Positions 1 through 9,687 of a stretch of DNA of 64,000 bases are shown here, piece after piece. Source of the stretch: Candidatus Latescibacterota bacterium (lineage in GTDB: Bacteria; Latescibacterota; UBA2968; UBA8231); NCBI GenBank assembly GCA_965208105.1, contig OZ242318.1:1856001-1920000 (forward strand), written 5' to 3'. The notes under the pieces are model-generated. The model was not told where the DNA came from and searched no databases. It saw only the letters and a list, made by a program, of their open reading frames with translations. The translations under genes were made by a program, and so were the position numbers. Numbering within the stretch: the first letter of the stretch is position 1; the number at the start of each line of letters is the position of its first letter.

Positions 1-1
1 C

Positions 2-640
2 CAGGATGAAATTCCAGGCGTCGCTCTCCACCCGGTGGAGGCGGTCCAGACCCCAGACCAGGAGCTGAACCAGGGCGTACAGGGGACGCACCAGGAAAGC
101 CGCGCCAACCTTCTCGAAGTGCTGGAGGTAGTAGCAGAACCGCGCCCCGGCCGTGACCCAGTAGCCGGCCATCGGCCGCACGCTGAGCGTTTGCAGTCCC
201 GCCTTGCGGGTGAGATGGTCGAGCCCGTAGCGGGTGAAGCGAAAGTAGTCGTGGGGCTCCTCGTGGATACCCCAGATGTGCGGTGCGGTCAGGATCAGGA
301 GACCACCGGGCCTGAGCACCCTGCCCATCTCGGAGATCATCCGCGCAGGCTCGGGCACGTGCTCCAGGACCTGAGAGGAAAAGACGGTGTCGAAGCTCGA
401 GTCCTTGCAGGGCAGGCTGGCGGCGCTGCCCCACACGTCGGGAGGCACGCGGGCATAGCGCCGGCGGTCGCTTTCCAGCCCGGTGCAGGATCGGGCGTGG
501 GCCTCAAGGAGAGCGGCGTAGGGCCGGCGCCCGCAGCCAACGTCCAGCAGGCGGCCCCCGGCGTGGTCCCGGAGGGCGGCAGCGATGTGTCGGCGATTGA
601 GCTTGTGGACCAGCCAGTTGACCGAAAAGGGAGAGGCCAT
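2..640 (-). CDS. Class I SAM-dependent methyltransferase (runs off window edge)
   Basis: Not in ORF track. Read manually from ATG at 640: MASPFSVNW...LLDVGCG...DSSFDTVFSSQVLEHVPEP...RVLRPGG...EEPHDYFRFT, showing SAM motif I and post-II motifs. Confidence 0.88.
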   Translation of the reverse strand, partial: MASPFSVNWLVHKLNRRHIAAALRDHAGGRLLDVGCGRRPYAALLEAHARSCTGLESDRRRYARVPPDVWGSAASLPCKDSSFDTVFSSQVLEHVPEPARMISEMGRVLRPGGLLILTAPHIWGIHEEPHDYFRFTRYGLDHLTRKAGLQTLSVRPMAGYWVTAGARFCYYLQHFEKVGAAFLVRPLYALVQLLVWGLDRLHRVESDAWNFIL

Positions 641-651
641 GTCCTGGGCTG

Positions 652-1764
652 TTACTGCCGGTCCCGCGCCGTGTGCGGATAGTAGTCCACCACGTCGCCG
701 GCGGCGTCTATCACATAAGACCCTGGATAGCGGATGGCCGTCGGGCACACGTGCCCGGGCACGGCGAGGAGATAGGTTCCGACCTCCGGGAGCTCACCCG
801 GCCATGAAAACACCCCGTGCTCCTCGTTCTGCAGAACCAGGCGGGCATCCTCCTTGCCCAGCAGGTGCGCCCTCCTCTCCAGAGGAAGGTCCGCGGGAAC
901 GGCCTTGGAGCCCAGGTCGGTGGTCACGGTCTCCTCTTGCGGGTAGCGGTCCACAACCTGGTTGAGAACCAGGGCTGCCCAGTGAAATGGCATGTCCTTC
1001 ATGGCGGCCCCGTAGTCCCAGTCCCAGTAGACACAGGTTCCCGGGGAGCCGCGCATGCCTTCGGAGCGGGCGTAGTAGGGGAAGGAAAAGGTGTTCCCCG
1101 CCACGATCTGAGGCACGGCCAGACCGGCGTCAAGCAGCCTTCCCTCGAAGGCGCGGGCCGCGTCTATCTGGCCCTGCGCCGCCTCCTGGCGCTCCCGCGG
1201 ATCGCTGCGGTGCTCGTGGCCGTCGTACAGGTGAAACCCCACCGCCTCGAGATACTGGTCCTGGCAGGCCGCCCGGTAGAGCTCCACCGCCTCCTCCCCG
1301 GGGCCGATTCCAGTGCGGTGCATGCCCACGTCCAGGTCGAGCATGACCTTGAGAACCTGCTTCCTGGCCGCCGCAACGCGCGACAACTCCCGCAGGTGCA
1401 ACGGCGCGCTGACCAGGGTGCTGACCTGGGCCCGGGGATGGGCGGCCGCAAGCTCGGCAAAGCGCTCCACCTTGCACCCCTGCACCATGGGATAGGCCAG
1501 CACCGCTTCCGCGGCCCCGGCTGCGAGCACCATCTCCAGCTCCTTCAAGGTGGCGCATTTGAAGGCGCTGATGCCGGCCTCGATCTGCTTGCGGGTGACG
1601 GCCTCCGACTTGTGGGTCTTGACGTGGACCATCAGATTCTCCCCTCCACCCGCCAGATCGCACAGTGCCTCGATGTTGTGGTCCAGCTGCGCCTCGAACA
1701 CCAGCATGGCCGGAGTCTCCAGCCCGTCCGGGTCGCCGACCTTGTAGCCTTCGTACTCAATCAT
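652..1764 (-). CDS. D-threonine aldolase / D-serine dehydratase-like PLP-dependent enzyme (fold type III)
   Basis: LETPAMLV, HVKTHK (PLP lysine), DLDVGMHRTG, LYDGHE, NEEHG, PGHVCPTA. Start taken at ATG 1764 (MIEYEG). Confidence 0.88.
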   Translation of the reverse strand: MIEYEGYKVGDPDGLETPAMLVFEAQLDHNIEALCDLAGGGENLMVHVKTHKSEAVTRKQIEAGISAFKCATLKELEMVLAAGAAEAVLAYPMVQGCKVERFAELAAAHPRAQVSTLVSAPLHLRELSRVAAARKQVLKVMLDLDVGMHRTGIGPGEEAVELYRAACQDQYLEAVGFHLYDGHEHRSDPRERQEAAQGQIDAARAFEGRLLDAGLAVPQIVAGNTFSFPYYARSEGMRGSPGTCVYWDWDYGAAMKDMPFHWAALVLNQVVDRYPQEETVTTDLGSKAVPADLPLERRAHLLGKEDARLVLQNEEHGVFSWPGELPEVGTYLLAVPGHVCPTAIRYPGSYVIDAAGDVVDYYPHTARDRQ

Positions 1765-1818
1765 GGCGCGTCCTCGTCGTTCCATCGGTCGCAGAAAGCC
1801 GGGGAATCCCGCGGTTGG

Positions 1819-3735
1819 TCAATTATCCTTCACCTCTATGCTGAGAGTCTGGATTCCTTCGAGGACCAGGTCCACCTCCTCCTCCACCGAGACAGTGGGC
1901 GGCGGTCCTTCCGGAAACGAAAAGAGGCCGGGGAAGATTCCCGGTCCACCGGGTCCGGGCGGAGCGCCCGCGCCGGAATCATCACCGGAACCTTCTTCCG
2001 ATCCGTCCCCGGAATCATCACCGGATTCACTCTCCGATCCCCCGTTCGAACCATCCTCCGGGCCATCACCCGAACCGGGCGGCGAAAACCCGCCGTCCCC
2101 GGACGGCATCTGGAAGGTCAAACGGGCTTTCAGGATGACCTTCTTGTCAGGTTCGTTGACCCTGGCGAATACATCATCCAGGCTTTCATCGCCGTTGAAA
2201 CCGCCTCCCGGACCGAAGAACCCGAACCGGGGGTCACCTCCCCCATCAGGTCCGTCACCCAATGCCGAAGCGGGTCCCACCTCGAGCTGGTAGATACCCG
2301 GTGGCAGGGTGTCGGGCACGCCGAGGGCAAGCTCGATGTCGCGGTCCTGGCGCCTCCCCACCCGCAGGGAGGTGGTGATTCCCAAGTCGCTGCCGAGGCT
2401 GACCACCGTGTCCGCGGCAACCTCGGCCACCACGGCGAAACGGGGCTCGGGCACCAGTGCAACCTGGACCTCGGCGGAGCCGACCTGCAGGGCGCGGTCG
2501 TCCCTCGTCATGAGCTGGAAGAGAGCATCGGACACGTCGCCGAAGGCGGCGGAAACCAGGTTCAAAAGCCTGCCGTCGGGATCGGCGTAGAGCCGGGTGC
2601 GGGAGAGGGCCGAGTCGGTTTCGACGAATGAAACGTTGGCCGTGACCCGGATGCTGTGGTCGGGCTCGTTCTCGATCCGGTTGGACAGGGGGGCAAAAAA
2701 AGCATTGGAAAGCAGGCTGACCGAAATTGACGGCTCCAGGCCGATGGTGGGCATGCTGTGGGTGAGCTCGAGCTCGCTCCCCGAAGGGAAGGTATACCTG
2801 CTCGTTATGGGCACCAGCTGCGGCTCCTGGTCGAGAAGGCCGCGGACCGCCGGAAAGCGGTCCTCGGTCAGAGTCCCGCGCACGGTGGGGTTCAGGGTTG
2901 CGAACTTGAAGGGAATGAACACGCTGGAAATCTGGCCGAGGACCTGCGCCTCGATGATTGGAAGCTCGACCGGGCCCAGGCTTTCGAATGGATGCCCGAA
3001 ACCGTACACCCGCTCGCCATCCAGGTAGGAAACCGTTCCCAGGGCCCCAAAGGTGAGCTCGCCAAGGAGCAGGCCCACCGCCAGCGGCCTGCCGGCCTCG
3101 AAGCTCTCCTGGGGATCGCTGGAGAGGCCGGCGGAAACCGCCTCGCCCAGGAAGGTGGAACCTGCGTCTGGCGGCTGCATGAAATCGCGGCCAGTGCTGA
3201 GCAGCGGAACCTCAAGGGGAAGGATGCGATTCCCCTCCCAGGTGCCTGCCGGCTTGGCCAGGGGCGCCGTTCCCCGCGACCCGATTACCCACTCTATGGG
3301 AGTGGCGAAGAAGTAGTAAGGCGGACTGTCCTGGGAACCGAATCCATAGGCGATGGCCGCCCAGGTTCCCTGCTCGGTAAATATGGGCGAGCCGCTCATC
3401 CCCTGGGCGATACCCCCCAGTTGGATCAGGACCGGATCGGAGGCTTCGACCATGTAGACCGGCATGGGGGGAAGGAAATCGTCCACCACGCGCACGAATG
3501 TCATGGCGAGGTCTGCCAACTCGCCGTTGGCGAACTCCGTGCGCATGTATACCGGGGTGCCGGCGGGCATGGCGCGGACCGAGTCGACGGGAACGATGGG
3601 GGCGAGATCCCAGGGCTGCAGTTCCCCGCTGGGACGCAGAACCGTTTCCTGCGGGACGATCGGCGGCGGGTCCTCGTCGTCTCCACATGCCCAGAGGCCA
3701 AGGGTTGAAACGAGCAGCGCGAATCGGATCGCCAT
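1819..3735 (-). CDS. SpoIVB peptidase S55 domain lipoprotein
   Basis: Lipobox LWAC; GGIAQGMSGSPI catalytic motif; ATPIE; ALGTVSY..G..VYGFGHPF; acidic G/S/D/E-rich insert near the C-terminus. Confidence 0.82.
   Translation of the reverse strand: MAIRFALLVSTLGLWACGDDEDPPPIVPQETVLRPSGELQPWDLAPIVPVDSVRAMPAGTPVYMRTEFANGELADLAMTFVRVVDDFLPPMPVYMVEASDPVLIQLGGIAQGMSGSPIFTEQGTWAAIAYGFGSQDSPPYYFFATPIEWVIGSRGTAPLAKPAGTWEGNRILPLEVPLLSTGRDFMQPPDAGSTFLGEAVSAGLSSDPQESFEAGRPLAVGLLLGELTFGALGTVSYLDGERVYGFGHPFESLGPVELPIIEAQVLGQISSVFIPFKFATLNPTVRGTLTEDRFPAVRGLLDQEPQLVPITSRYTFPSGSELELTHSMPTIGLEPSISVSLLSNAFFAPLSNRIENEPDHSIRVTANVSFVETDSALSRTRLYADPDGRLLNLVSAAFGDVSDALFQLMTRDDRALQVGSAEVQVALVPEPRFAVVAEVAADTVVSLGSDLGITTSLRVGRRQDRDIELALGVPDTLPPGIYQLEVGPASALGDGPDGGGDPRFGFFGPGGGFNGDESLDDVFARVNEPDKKVILKARLTFQMPSGDGGFSPPGSGDGPEDGSNGGSESESGDDSGDGSEEGSGDDSGAGAPPGPGGPGIFPGLFSFPEGPPPTVSVEEEVDLVLEGIQTLSIEVKDN
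1973..2025. repeat. 17-bp direct repeat (CCGGAATCATCACCGGA) at 36-bp period inside the low-complexity insert
   Basis: Copies at 1973-1989 and 2009-2025 both encode SGDDSG. Confidence 0.8.
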
Positions 3736-4121
3736 GGTCAGGTTTCCTCCATTTTCAGGTTGGCAGGGACTTCACTTACCGCGACTGAGACGACCCAAAT
3801 CCATACGAGGTTCCCTTTGCCGAAAGGCCGGTGGAGCCTCGGTCACCGGGACCGGGACCACCAGATCCGTTCCGGGATAGGGATAAACTTAGGAGACTGC
3901 GAAGTTGCGTCAACGAAATGCCAGTGGGAAAGGGGAGATCCAAGCTCGAAAGGGGAAATACCCAGGGGGACCAGGTGGGTCCGCGTCAACTGGGATCACC
4001 AGCGGCCGGGATGTATCCAGGAAGGTCTGCCACCCAGCCTGTGGAGGGTCTGTACGCGCCGGCGCCGCGCCGCGCGCGATGCCGGCCCGGGTGAAACGGC
4101 ATCGGACCCCTCCGCAGGATC

Positions 4122-4856
4122 TCAGCGCTCCCCGACAGCGGCGCGTTCGGCGCGGTGGCGGGAGGCCAGTTCGGCCATGCCGCCGAAGTGGAAGTCGGGC
4201 GCCACCTCCTTCTCCGCCGCGGGAGTGGCTCCGCCCCGCCGGCCGCCGCGGCGGTCGATCCACGCCGTGGTCAGTCCCATGTCCTTCGCCGGCGCGTGGT
4301 CGTGAAAGAGGCTCTGGGCAACGTGCAGGATGCTTTCTGGTCCGGCGCCGAAGTCCTGCGCCACCCGACCGAGGAGGAACTCGAAGTTGGCCGACGCCGG
4401 TTTGTAGGAGCCAACTTCCTCGGCGGTAAGAACCGCGTCCCAGGGCTCTCCCAGGCGGGCGGCGCTGCCGCGGTTGCTGGCGCGGTCGCAGTTGGTCAGG
4501 GTGACGAGCTTGTGGTGCCCCTTCAGGTAGGCGAGCGCGGGAGCGGCGTCGGCGAAGGCCGGCCAGTCCCCTACCGAGCGGCCGAAGCGGAGGCTCTCGC
4601 CATGGTCCGGCTCGCACTCCCAGCGGCGCGCCAGGTTGCGGTGTGTCGCCGCCAGGAGACGGGAATAGATCAAACCGGGAGTCGCCGCCTGGCATGCGGA
4701 TTCTTCCAGGGCGAATGCCGCCAGGGCCTCCTCGCGGTCCGGTGGACCGGCGACGCGGGCAAGGAGGGGCTGCAGCGCGTTCCAGATTCCAGTCTCCCAG
4801 TCGATCAGGGTGCCGTAGGTGTCGAAGCTAAAGACGGAAAATTCGCGGAGGAGCAT
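4122..4856 (-). CDS. HAD-superfamily hydrolase (haloacid dehalogenase type II-like)
   Basis: FDTYGTLIDWE motif I, LTNCD, SYKP, LHVAQSLFHDH. Start ATG at 4856. Confidence 0.9.
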   Translation of the reverse strand: MLLREFSVFSFDTYGTLIDWETGIWNALQPLLARVAGPPDREEALAAFALEESACQAATPGLIYSRLLAATHRNLARRWECEPDHGESLRFGRSVGDWPAFADAAPALAYLKGHHKLVTLTNCDRASNRGSAARLGEPWDAVLTAEEVGSYKPASANFEFLLGRVAQDFGAGPESILHVAQSLFHDHAPAKDMGLTTAWIDRRGGRRGGATPAAEKEVAPDFHFGGMAELASRHRAERAAVGER

Positions 4857-5399
4857 TGGATGTTCCCGGGATTGGAGGTGCCGTTGGCGATTTGAGGACA
4901 GGACAGCAAGTCCTCGAGACAAACGGTATGTCACCTCTTCCCGCCGGGCAACAGGTAGGGAAACATTTCTTCCAACCCGGCGTTCACAAGGAGGGATGGC
5001 ATACTTCAGGCCGTCATCCTTTCTGGCGCCAGTCTCTGTCGGCTCCTTTGGGCTAGTTGGCTTCGCGGCCATTCCACCGAACCCTCCGGCCTCGACAGGC
5101 CCCATATGGCAGGCGGGTCCGCGGGGTAATCCAATTGGGTTTTGACCGGGGAATGGGGAAGCTTCGCCTCATCACGATCTTGACGCGCAAACGATCTGCA
5201 GGCTTTTTTTACTCTTACTTGGCATAATGGAATTTCTGGCCTGCCGGCCGCCCTGGATCCGCTGGCGGGCGGCTGGTTATCGCGTGGGGAAACTTCCCCG
5301 AATCAGGGTCTGCATGGCGGCCTTCCGCGAAATGCGCCGGTGACTCGACCCGGGCGGGGGAAATGGCAGCATGAACTGCAATAGACCAAGGAGGCAAGA

Positions 5400-5816
5400 A
5401 TGACACTGGACACCTATCTCCATTTCAACGGAAACTGCCGGGAGGCGTTCGAGTTCTACCGCGAAGTTTTCGGCGGTGAGTTCACCGTGATCGAGACCTT
5501 CGCCAACGGTCCGGACGACTTCGAGGTTGCGGAGGACGAACGCGACGACATCATGCACGTCTCCCTTCCCATCGGATCTAGCGTGCTGATGGGCAGCGAC
5601 ATGCCCTCCTCCTTCGGACCTGTCAATATGGGAAGCAACTTCTCCATTTCCTGCTCTACGCGGAGCCGGGAGGAGACCGACGCGCTTTTCGCCAGGATGT
5701 CCGAGGGCGGGACCGTGACCATGGCGCCGGCGGACATGTTCTGGGGATCTTACTTCGGCTCCTGCAGCGACAAGTTCGGCATCAACTGGCAGTTCAGTTG
5801 CGAGCACGAAAAGTAG
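5400..5816 (+). CDS. VOC family protein (PhnB-like glyoxalase)
   Basis: YLHFNGNCREAFEFY, IMHVSL, MFWGSYFG...DKFGINW; SD AAGGAGG upstream. Confidence 0.92.
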   Translation: MTLDTYLHFNGNCREAFEFYREVFGGEFTVIETFANGPDDFEVAEDERDDIMHVSLPIGSSVLMGSDMPSSFGPVNMGSNFSISCSTRSREETDALFARMSEGGTVTMAPADMFWGSYFGSCSDKFGINWQFSCEHEK

Positions 5817-5868
5817 ACCGGCATTCCGGTTGTCATTGCCGGCCAACCCGTATCCAAAGGTCTGAAAC

Positions 5869-6645
5869 ATGTCGGACGAAAGCCGTTCCATCGAGCTGGC
5901 GATCGAGGTGCCCGGGCGCCCCGAAGAGGTATGGCGGGCGGTTGCCACGGGACCGGGAATTTCCTCGTGGTACGTGCCTCACAGCGTCGAAGAGCGCGAG
6001 GGTGGAGCGGCCATGGCCTCCTTCGGCCCCGAGCCCGAGATGCAGGTCCCGGGACGGGTCGCCGCCTGGGACCCTCCTCGCCGCCTGCTCTTCGACGGCG
6101 GCGAAGGAGTGGAGGGTCTGTCATTCGAGTGGTCGGTCGAAGCCGGGGCCGGCGGCGCCTGCACGGTGCGGCTGCGGAGCACCGGGTTCAGCGCGGGCGA
6201 GGAAGGGAAGGCTCAATGCGAAGGCATGATCGAGGGCTGGCAGCTGTTCCTGCTCAATCTCAGGCTGCACCTGGAGCACTTCCGCGGCCAGACCGCCAGG
6301 GCCGCCCTCCCCACCGCGACCTGGACCGGCCCGCGCCAGGAGACCTGGTCCAGGCTCACCGCTGCGCTGGGCATCCCTTCGGCTCCCGCCGTTGGTGAGC
6401 GCATCGAGGTCAGCGCCCCCGAAACGCCGGCCCTGGCCGGGACCGTCGCCGACGCCGCCCCGTGGCGGCTCGCCCTTCTCCTCGACCAACCGGCCCCCGG
6501 AACCGCCTTCCTGGCGGCGGAAGGAAGCGGCGAAGAGGTCAGTGTCTCGGTTTGGTCCTACCTCTATGGCCGGGACGGATCCGCCGCTGCGCAAAGGGAC
6601 GAGCCTCGGTGGCGGCAATGGCTCGCGGAACGAGCCTCCCGCTAG
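5869..6645 (+). CDS. SRPBCC/AHSA1-like domain protein
   Basis: EVPGRPEEVWRAVATGPGISSW, WDPPRR, GWQLFLLNLRLHLEHF. Confidence 0.85.
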   Translation: MSDESRSIELAIEVPGRPEEVWRAVATGPGISSWYVPHSVEEREGGAAMASFGPEPEMQVPGRVAAWDPPRRLLFDGGEGVEGLSFEWSVEAGAGGACTVRLRSTGFSAGEEGKAQCEGMIEGWQLFLLNLRLHLEHFRGQTARAALPTATWTGPRQETWSRLTAALGIPSAPAVGERIEVSAPETPALAGTVADAAPWRLALLLDQPAPGTAFLAAEGSGEEVSVSVWSYLYGRDGSAAAQRDEPRWRQWLAERASR

Positions 6646-6809
6646 CCGCTCGCGCCGAATTCAGAGCCCCCCGTCCCGGGGTTTCCCGATCAACCGGGTC
6701 TATTTATACTTTCCATATCAGGATCCGCACAACAGGATATGCGCCCGCGTCCTCAATCGACGGCGCGGAGCCGCCAATAATCTAAACGCCAATCGGCAGG
6801 AGGAATATC

Positions 6810-7130
6810 ATGGCGAAATACCTGTTCCGCACCAAGTACACCAAGGCCGGACTCGAGGGTTTGCTCAGAGAAGGCGGCACGGGAAGGCGGGAGGCTCTGA
6901 GGCAGACCATCGAGGGGACGGGGGGCAGCCTCGAGGGATTCTATTACGCCTTCGGAGACGACGATCTCCTTCTGATCGCCGATCTTCCCGATAACGCGGC
7001 GGCAACGGCCGTATCCCTCAACATCGGCGCCGCAGGCGCCCTCGACGTGGCGGTGACGGTCCTGATATCACCGGAGACCGTCGACGAGGCAGTGAAGAAG
7101 AACGTGTCCTACCGGGTTCCGGGAGCATGA
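6810..7130 (+). CDS. GYD domain protein
   Basis: MAKYLF...YT..GL, GGSLEGFYYAFGDDDLLLIADLPD; SD AGGAGG. Confidence 0.88.
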   Translation: MAKYLFRTKYTKAGLEGLLREGGTGRREALRQTIEGTGGSLEGFYYAFGDDDLLLIADLPDNAAATAVSLNIGAAGALDVAVTVLISPETVDEAVKKNVSYRVPGA

Positions 7131-7286
7131 GGCCGGCGCCGGGGCCGCATGGCTCCGGCGCGCCCTGCCCTGCCGGTCAGGCTGTATATAATCTCCTCGG
7201 GGACCACGTCCCCTCCTCCGGGCAAGCCCGTAATCTCCCCGTATTCTCTTCCCGCTGACATAATTCCCCCGGCGTTTCCGTCCAGC

Positions 7287-8204
7287 ATGGTCCCCAATCC
7301 TGACTCGCCCGTTCTTCTGACCGGAGCCACCGGATATATCGGCGGACGCCTGCTGCCCCTGCTTGAATCAACGGGGCGACCGGTGCGCTGTTTGACCCGG
7401 CGTCCCCTGGAATCGCGCCGCCCCCTCGCGCCGGGCACCACCATGGTCCGAGGCGACGTCCTCGACCGGGAAAGTCTGAAGGGATCGATGGAGGGTGTCG
7501 AAGCCGCCTTCTACATGGTGCACTCCATGGGTTCAAAAGACGATTTCGTGGCGCAGGACCGCCGTGCCGCCCTCAACTTCGGGGCGGAGGCGCGCCGGGC
7601 GGGCGTTGGCCGGATCATCTACCTCGGCGGTCTCGGTGCCGGGGCGGAGACCCTCTCGCCCCATCTCAGAAGCCGGCTGGAGGTCGCCGAAATTCTGCGC
7701 GACTCGGGCGTGCAGGTCGTCGAGTTTCGCGCCTCCATCGTCATCGGCTCGGGCAGCCTGTCCTTCGAGATGATCCGCTCCCTGGTGGAGCGGCTGCCGG
7801 TGATGATCACCCCCAAATGGGTGGAGGTTACCGCACAGCCCATAGCGGTATCCGATCTGCTCCAATATCTCTGCTCCGCGCTCCTGCTGGAAACCGATGT
7901 CAACGAGAGCTTTGAAATCGGAGGCCCTGACCGGGTCACCTATGGCGGTCTGATGCGTGAGTACGGGCGCCAGCGCCGGCTGCGGAGGCTGATGATCCGG
8001 GTGCCCTTTTTGACCCCCCGCCTCTCGAGCCTCTGGCTCGGCCTGGTGACCCCCCTCTACGCCCGGGTCGGGCGCAAACTCATCGACAGCATCCGCCACC
8101 CGACGGTCGTTCGCGACAGGTCCGCCCTGCAGGCCTTCCCCCACATCCAGCCCATGGGGGCGCGCCAGGCCATCGCCAGGGCTCTGCGCAGCCAGGGCGG
8201 TTAA
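7287..8204 (+). CDS. NAD(P)-binding atypical SDR (YbjT-like N-terminal domain only)
   Basis: VLLTGATGYIGG, AFYMVHSM, IIYLGGL, SPHLRSR, RASIVIGSGSLSFEM. Start ATG at 7287. Confidence 0.85.
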   Translation: MVPNPDSPVLLTGATGYIGGRLLPLLESTGRPVRCLTRRPLESRRPLAPGTTMVRGDVLDRESLKGSMEGVEAAFYMVHSMGSKDDFVAQDRRAALNFGAEARRAGVGRIIYLGGLGAGAETLSPHLRSRLEVAEILRDSGVQVVEFRASIVIGSGSLSFEMIRSLVERLPVMITPKWVEVTAQPIAVSDLLQYLCSALLLETDVNESFEIGGPDRVTYGGLMREYGRQRRLRRLMIRVPFLTPRLSSLWLGLVTPLYARVGRKLIDSIRHPTVVRDRSALQAFPHIQPMGARQAIARALRSQGG

Positions 8205-8332
8205 CGGGTTGAAACCGCGCTGGCCAGGTCCCCTCGACAGCAGGGCGATTTCAGGGATTATTTGACCATGCTCATGGCTCTGGTCATTATATTCGAGATA
8301 TTCGAGGAGGAAACCGGAACAAAGGGGGCACC

Positions 8333-9649
8333 ATGCCTGAGTCGCACTTCGGGATAAAGCCGGAAACCTGGCGCAGCCTGCCTGCCAAAAACGAAGCGGG
8401 CGAGGATGAACCGGACCTTTTGGACACCTCGAGACGGAACTTTCTGACCGCAGTGGGCAAGGGGGCCGCGCTCGCGGGTCTGGGTCTCTTCGGGGCCGGC
8501 CAGGACGCCGCCCTGCGGGGACTGTTCGGCCGCGGCCTGATCCCCCGGGCATGGGCCGAGGGCCCGGCAGAGCTTCTGCCCAAGCCGGACATGATCGTCC
8601 ACTCCCGGGACCCGTTCAACGGCGAGTTTCCTCCCCACCTGCTCGACGCCGAGGTCACCCCGACCATGCGCCACTTCGTGCGCAACAACGGCGCCATTCC
8701 CGAGCGCGCCCGGCGCGGGGACCCGCAGGACTGGAAACTGATCGTCGACGGCGAGGTCCGCAGCCGACGGGCCTTTTCGCTGGAGGACTTGCAGGGGTTT
8801 CCGCAGGTCACCATGAAGGTGGTGCTGGAATGCGCCGGCAACGGCAGGAGCTTGTTCGCCCCCGCCGTGGGCGGCACCCAGTGGATTCGCGGGGCTGTGG
8901 CCTGCAGCGAGTGGACCGGAGTGCGCCTGCGCGACGTGCTGCAGGCCGCCGGAGTAACCGAGAAAGCCGTGTACCTGGGCAACTACGGCGAGGACCCGCC
9001 GGTGCGGGAAGGCGCCGCGTTTTCCCGCGGCATCCCCGTGGAAAAGGCCATGGACCAACACACCATGATCGCCCTCGAGATGAACGGGGAGTCCCTGCCC
9101 GCAGCCCACGGATTCCCCGCGCGGCTGCTGGTACCCGGCTGGATCGGCAGCTCCATGCAGAAGTGGCTCAACCGCATTCAGGTCCGCGACACGGTCCACG
9201 ACTCCAGGAACATGAGCGGGTATTCCTACCGCGTACCGTCCTATCCCATCGCCCCCGGCCATCAGCCCCCGGAGGCGGACATGACCATCGCCACCGAGTG
9301 GGGGGTCAAATCCCTGATAACCGCTCCCCAGGCCAACGCCGCGGTCCGGGCGGGTGCTCCACTCGCCGTCAGGGGACACGCCTGGGCAGGTGAGGGCGAA
9401 GTGGCGAAGGTGCTGGTCTCCACCGACTTCGGCATCCACTGGCGCGAGACCTCGCTGACTCCCCCAGCCAACAAGTATGCCTGGCATGGCTGGTCCACCC
9501 AGCTCGCGTTCGCCAGGAGGGGCTACTACGAAATCTGGGCGCGGGCCTTCGACCGCGCCGGCAATGCCCAGCCTTTCCGCCAGCCCTGGAACCCCAAGGG
9601 ATACCTGGGCAACGTCATTCACCGGGTGCCGGTCCTGGTATCGGTGTGA
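8333..9649 (+). CDS. Sulfite oxidase-family molybdoenzyme (SoxC/SorA-like), Tat-exported
   Basis: SRRNFL Tat motif; FVRNNG; LECAGNGR (Mo-ligand Cys); WTGVRLRDVL; HGFPARLLVPGWIG; WNPKGYLGN. Confidence 0.92.
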   Translation: MPESHFGIKPETWRSLPAKNEAGEDEPDLLDTSRRNFLTAVGKGAALAGLGLFGAGQDAALRGLFGRGLIPRAWAEGPAELLPKPDMIVHSRDPFNGEFPPHLLDAEVTPTMRHFVRNNGAIPERARRGDPQDWKLIVDGEVRSRRAFSLEDLQGFPQVTMKVVLECAGNGRSLFAPAVGGTQWIRGAVACSEWTGVRLRDVLQAAGVTEKAVYLGNYGEDPPVREGAAFSRGIPVEKAMDQHTMIALEMNGESLPAAHGFPARLLVPGWIGSSMQKWLNRIQVRDTVHDSRNMSGYSYRVPSYPIAPGHQPPEADMTIATEWGVKSLITAPQANAAVRAGAPLAVRGHAWAGEGEVAKVLVSTDFGIHWRETSLTPPANKYAWHGWSTQLAFARRGYYEIWARAFDRAGNAQPFRQPWNPKGYLGNVIHRVPVLVSV

Positions 9650-9687
9650 GGCGGCCACTCTTCACCTGAAAACAGGATCCTGAAAGA

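Noticed and set aside
817-2631. 604-aa plus-strand ORF (likewise 43493-45319, 62023-63888, 11992-13389, 8258-9658 and others)
   Set aside because: Antisense shadows of well-supported genes, expected in high-GC DNA; no recognisable motifs.
3736-4121. Possible riboswitch in the long leader upstream of the S55 peptidase (also 4860-5400)
   Set aside because: No conserved riboswitch motif recognised by eye; an Rfam scan would be needed.
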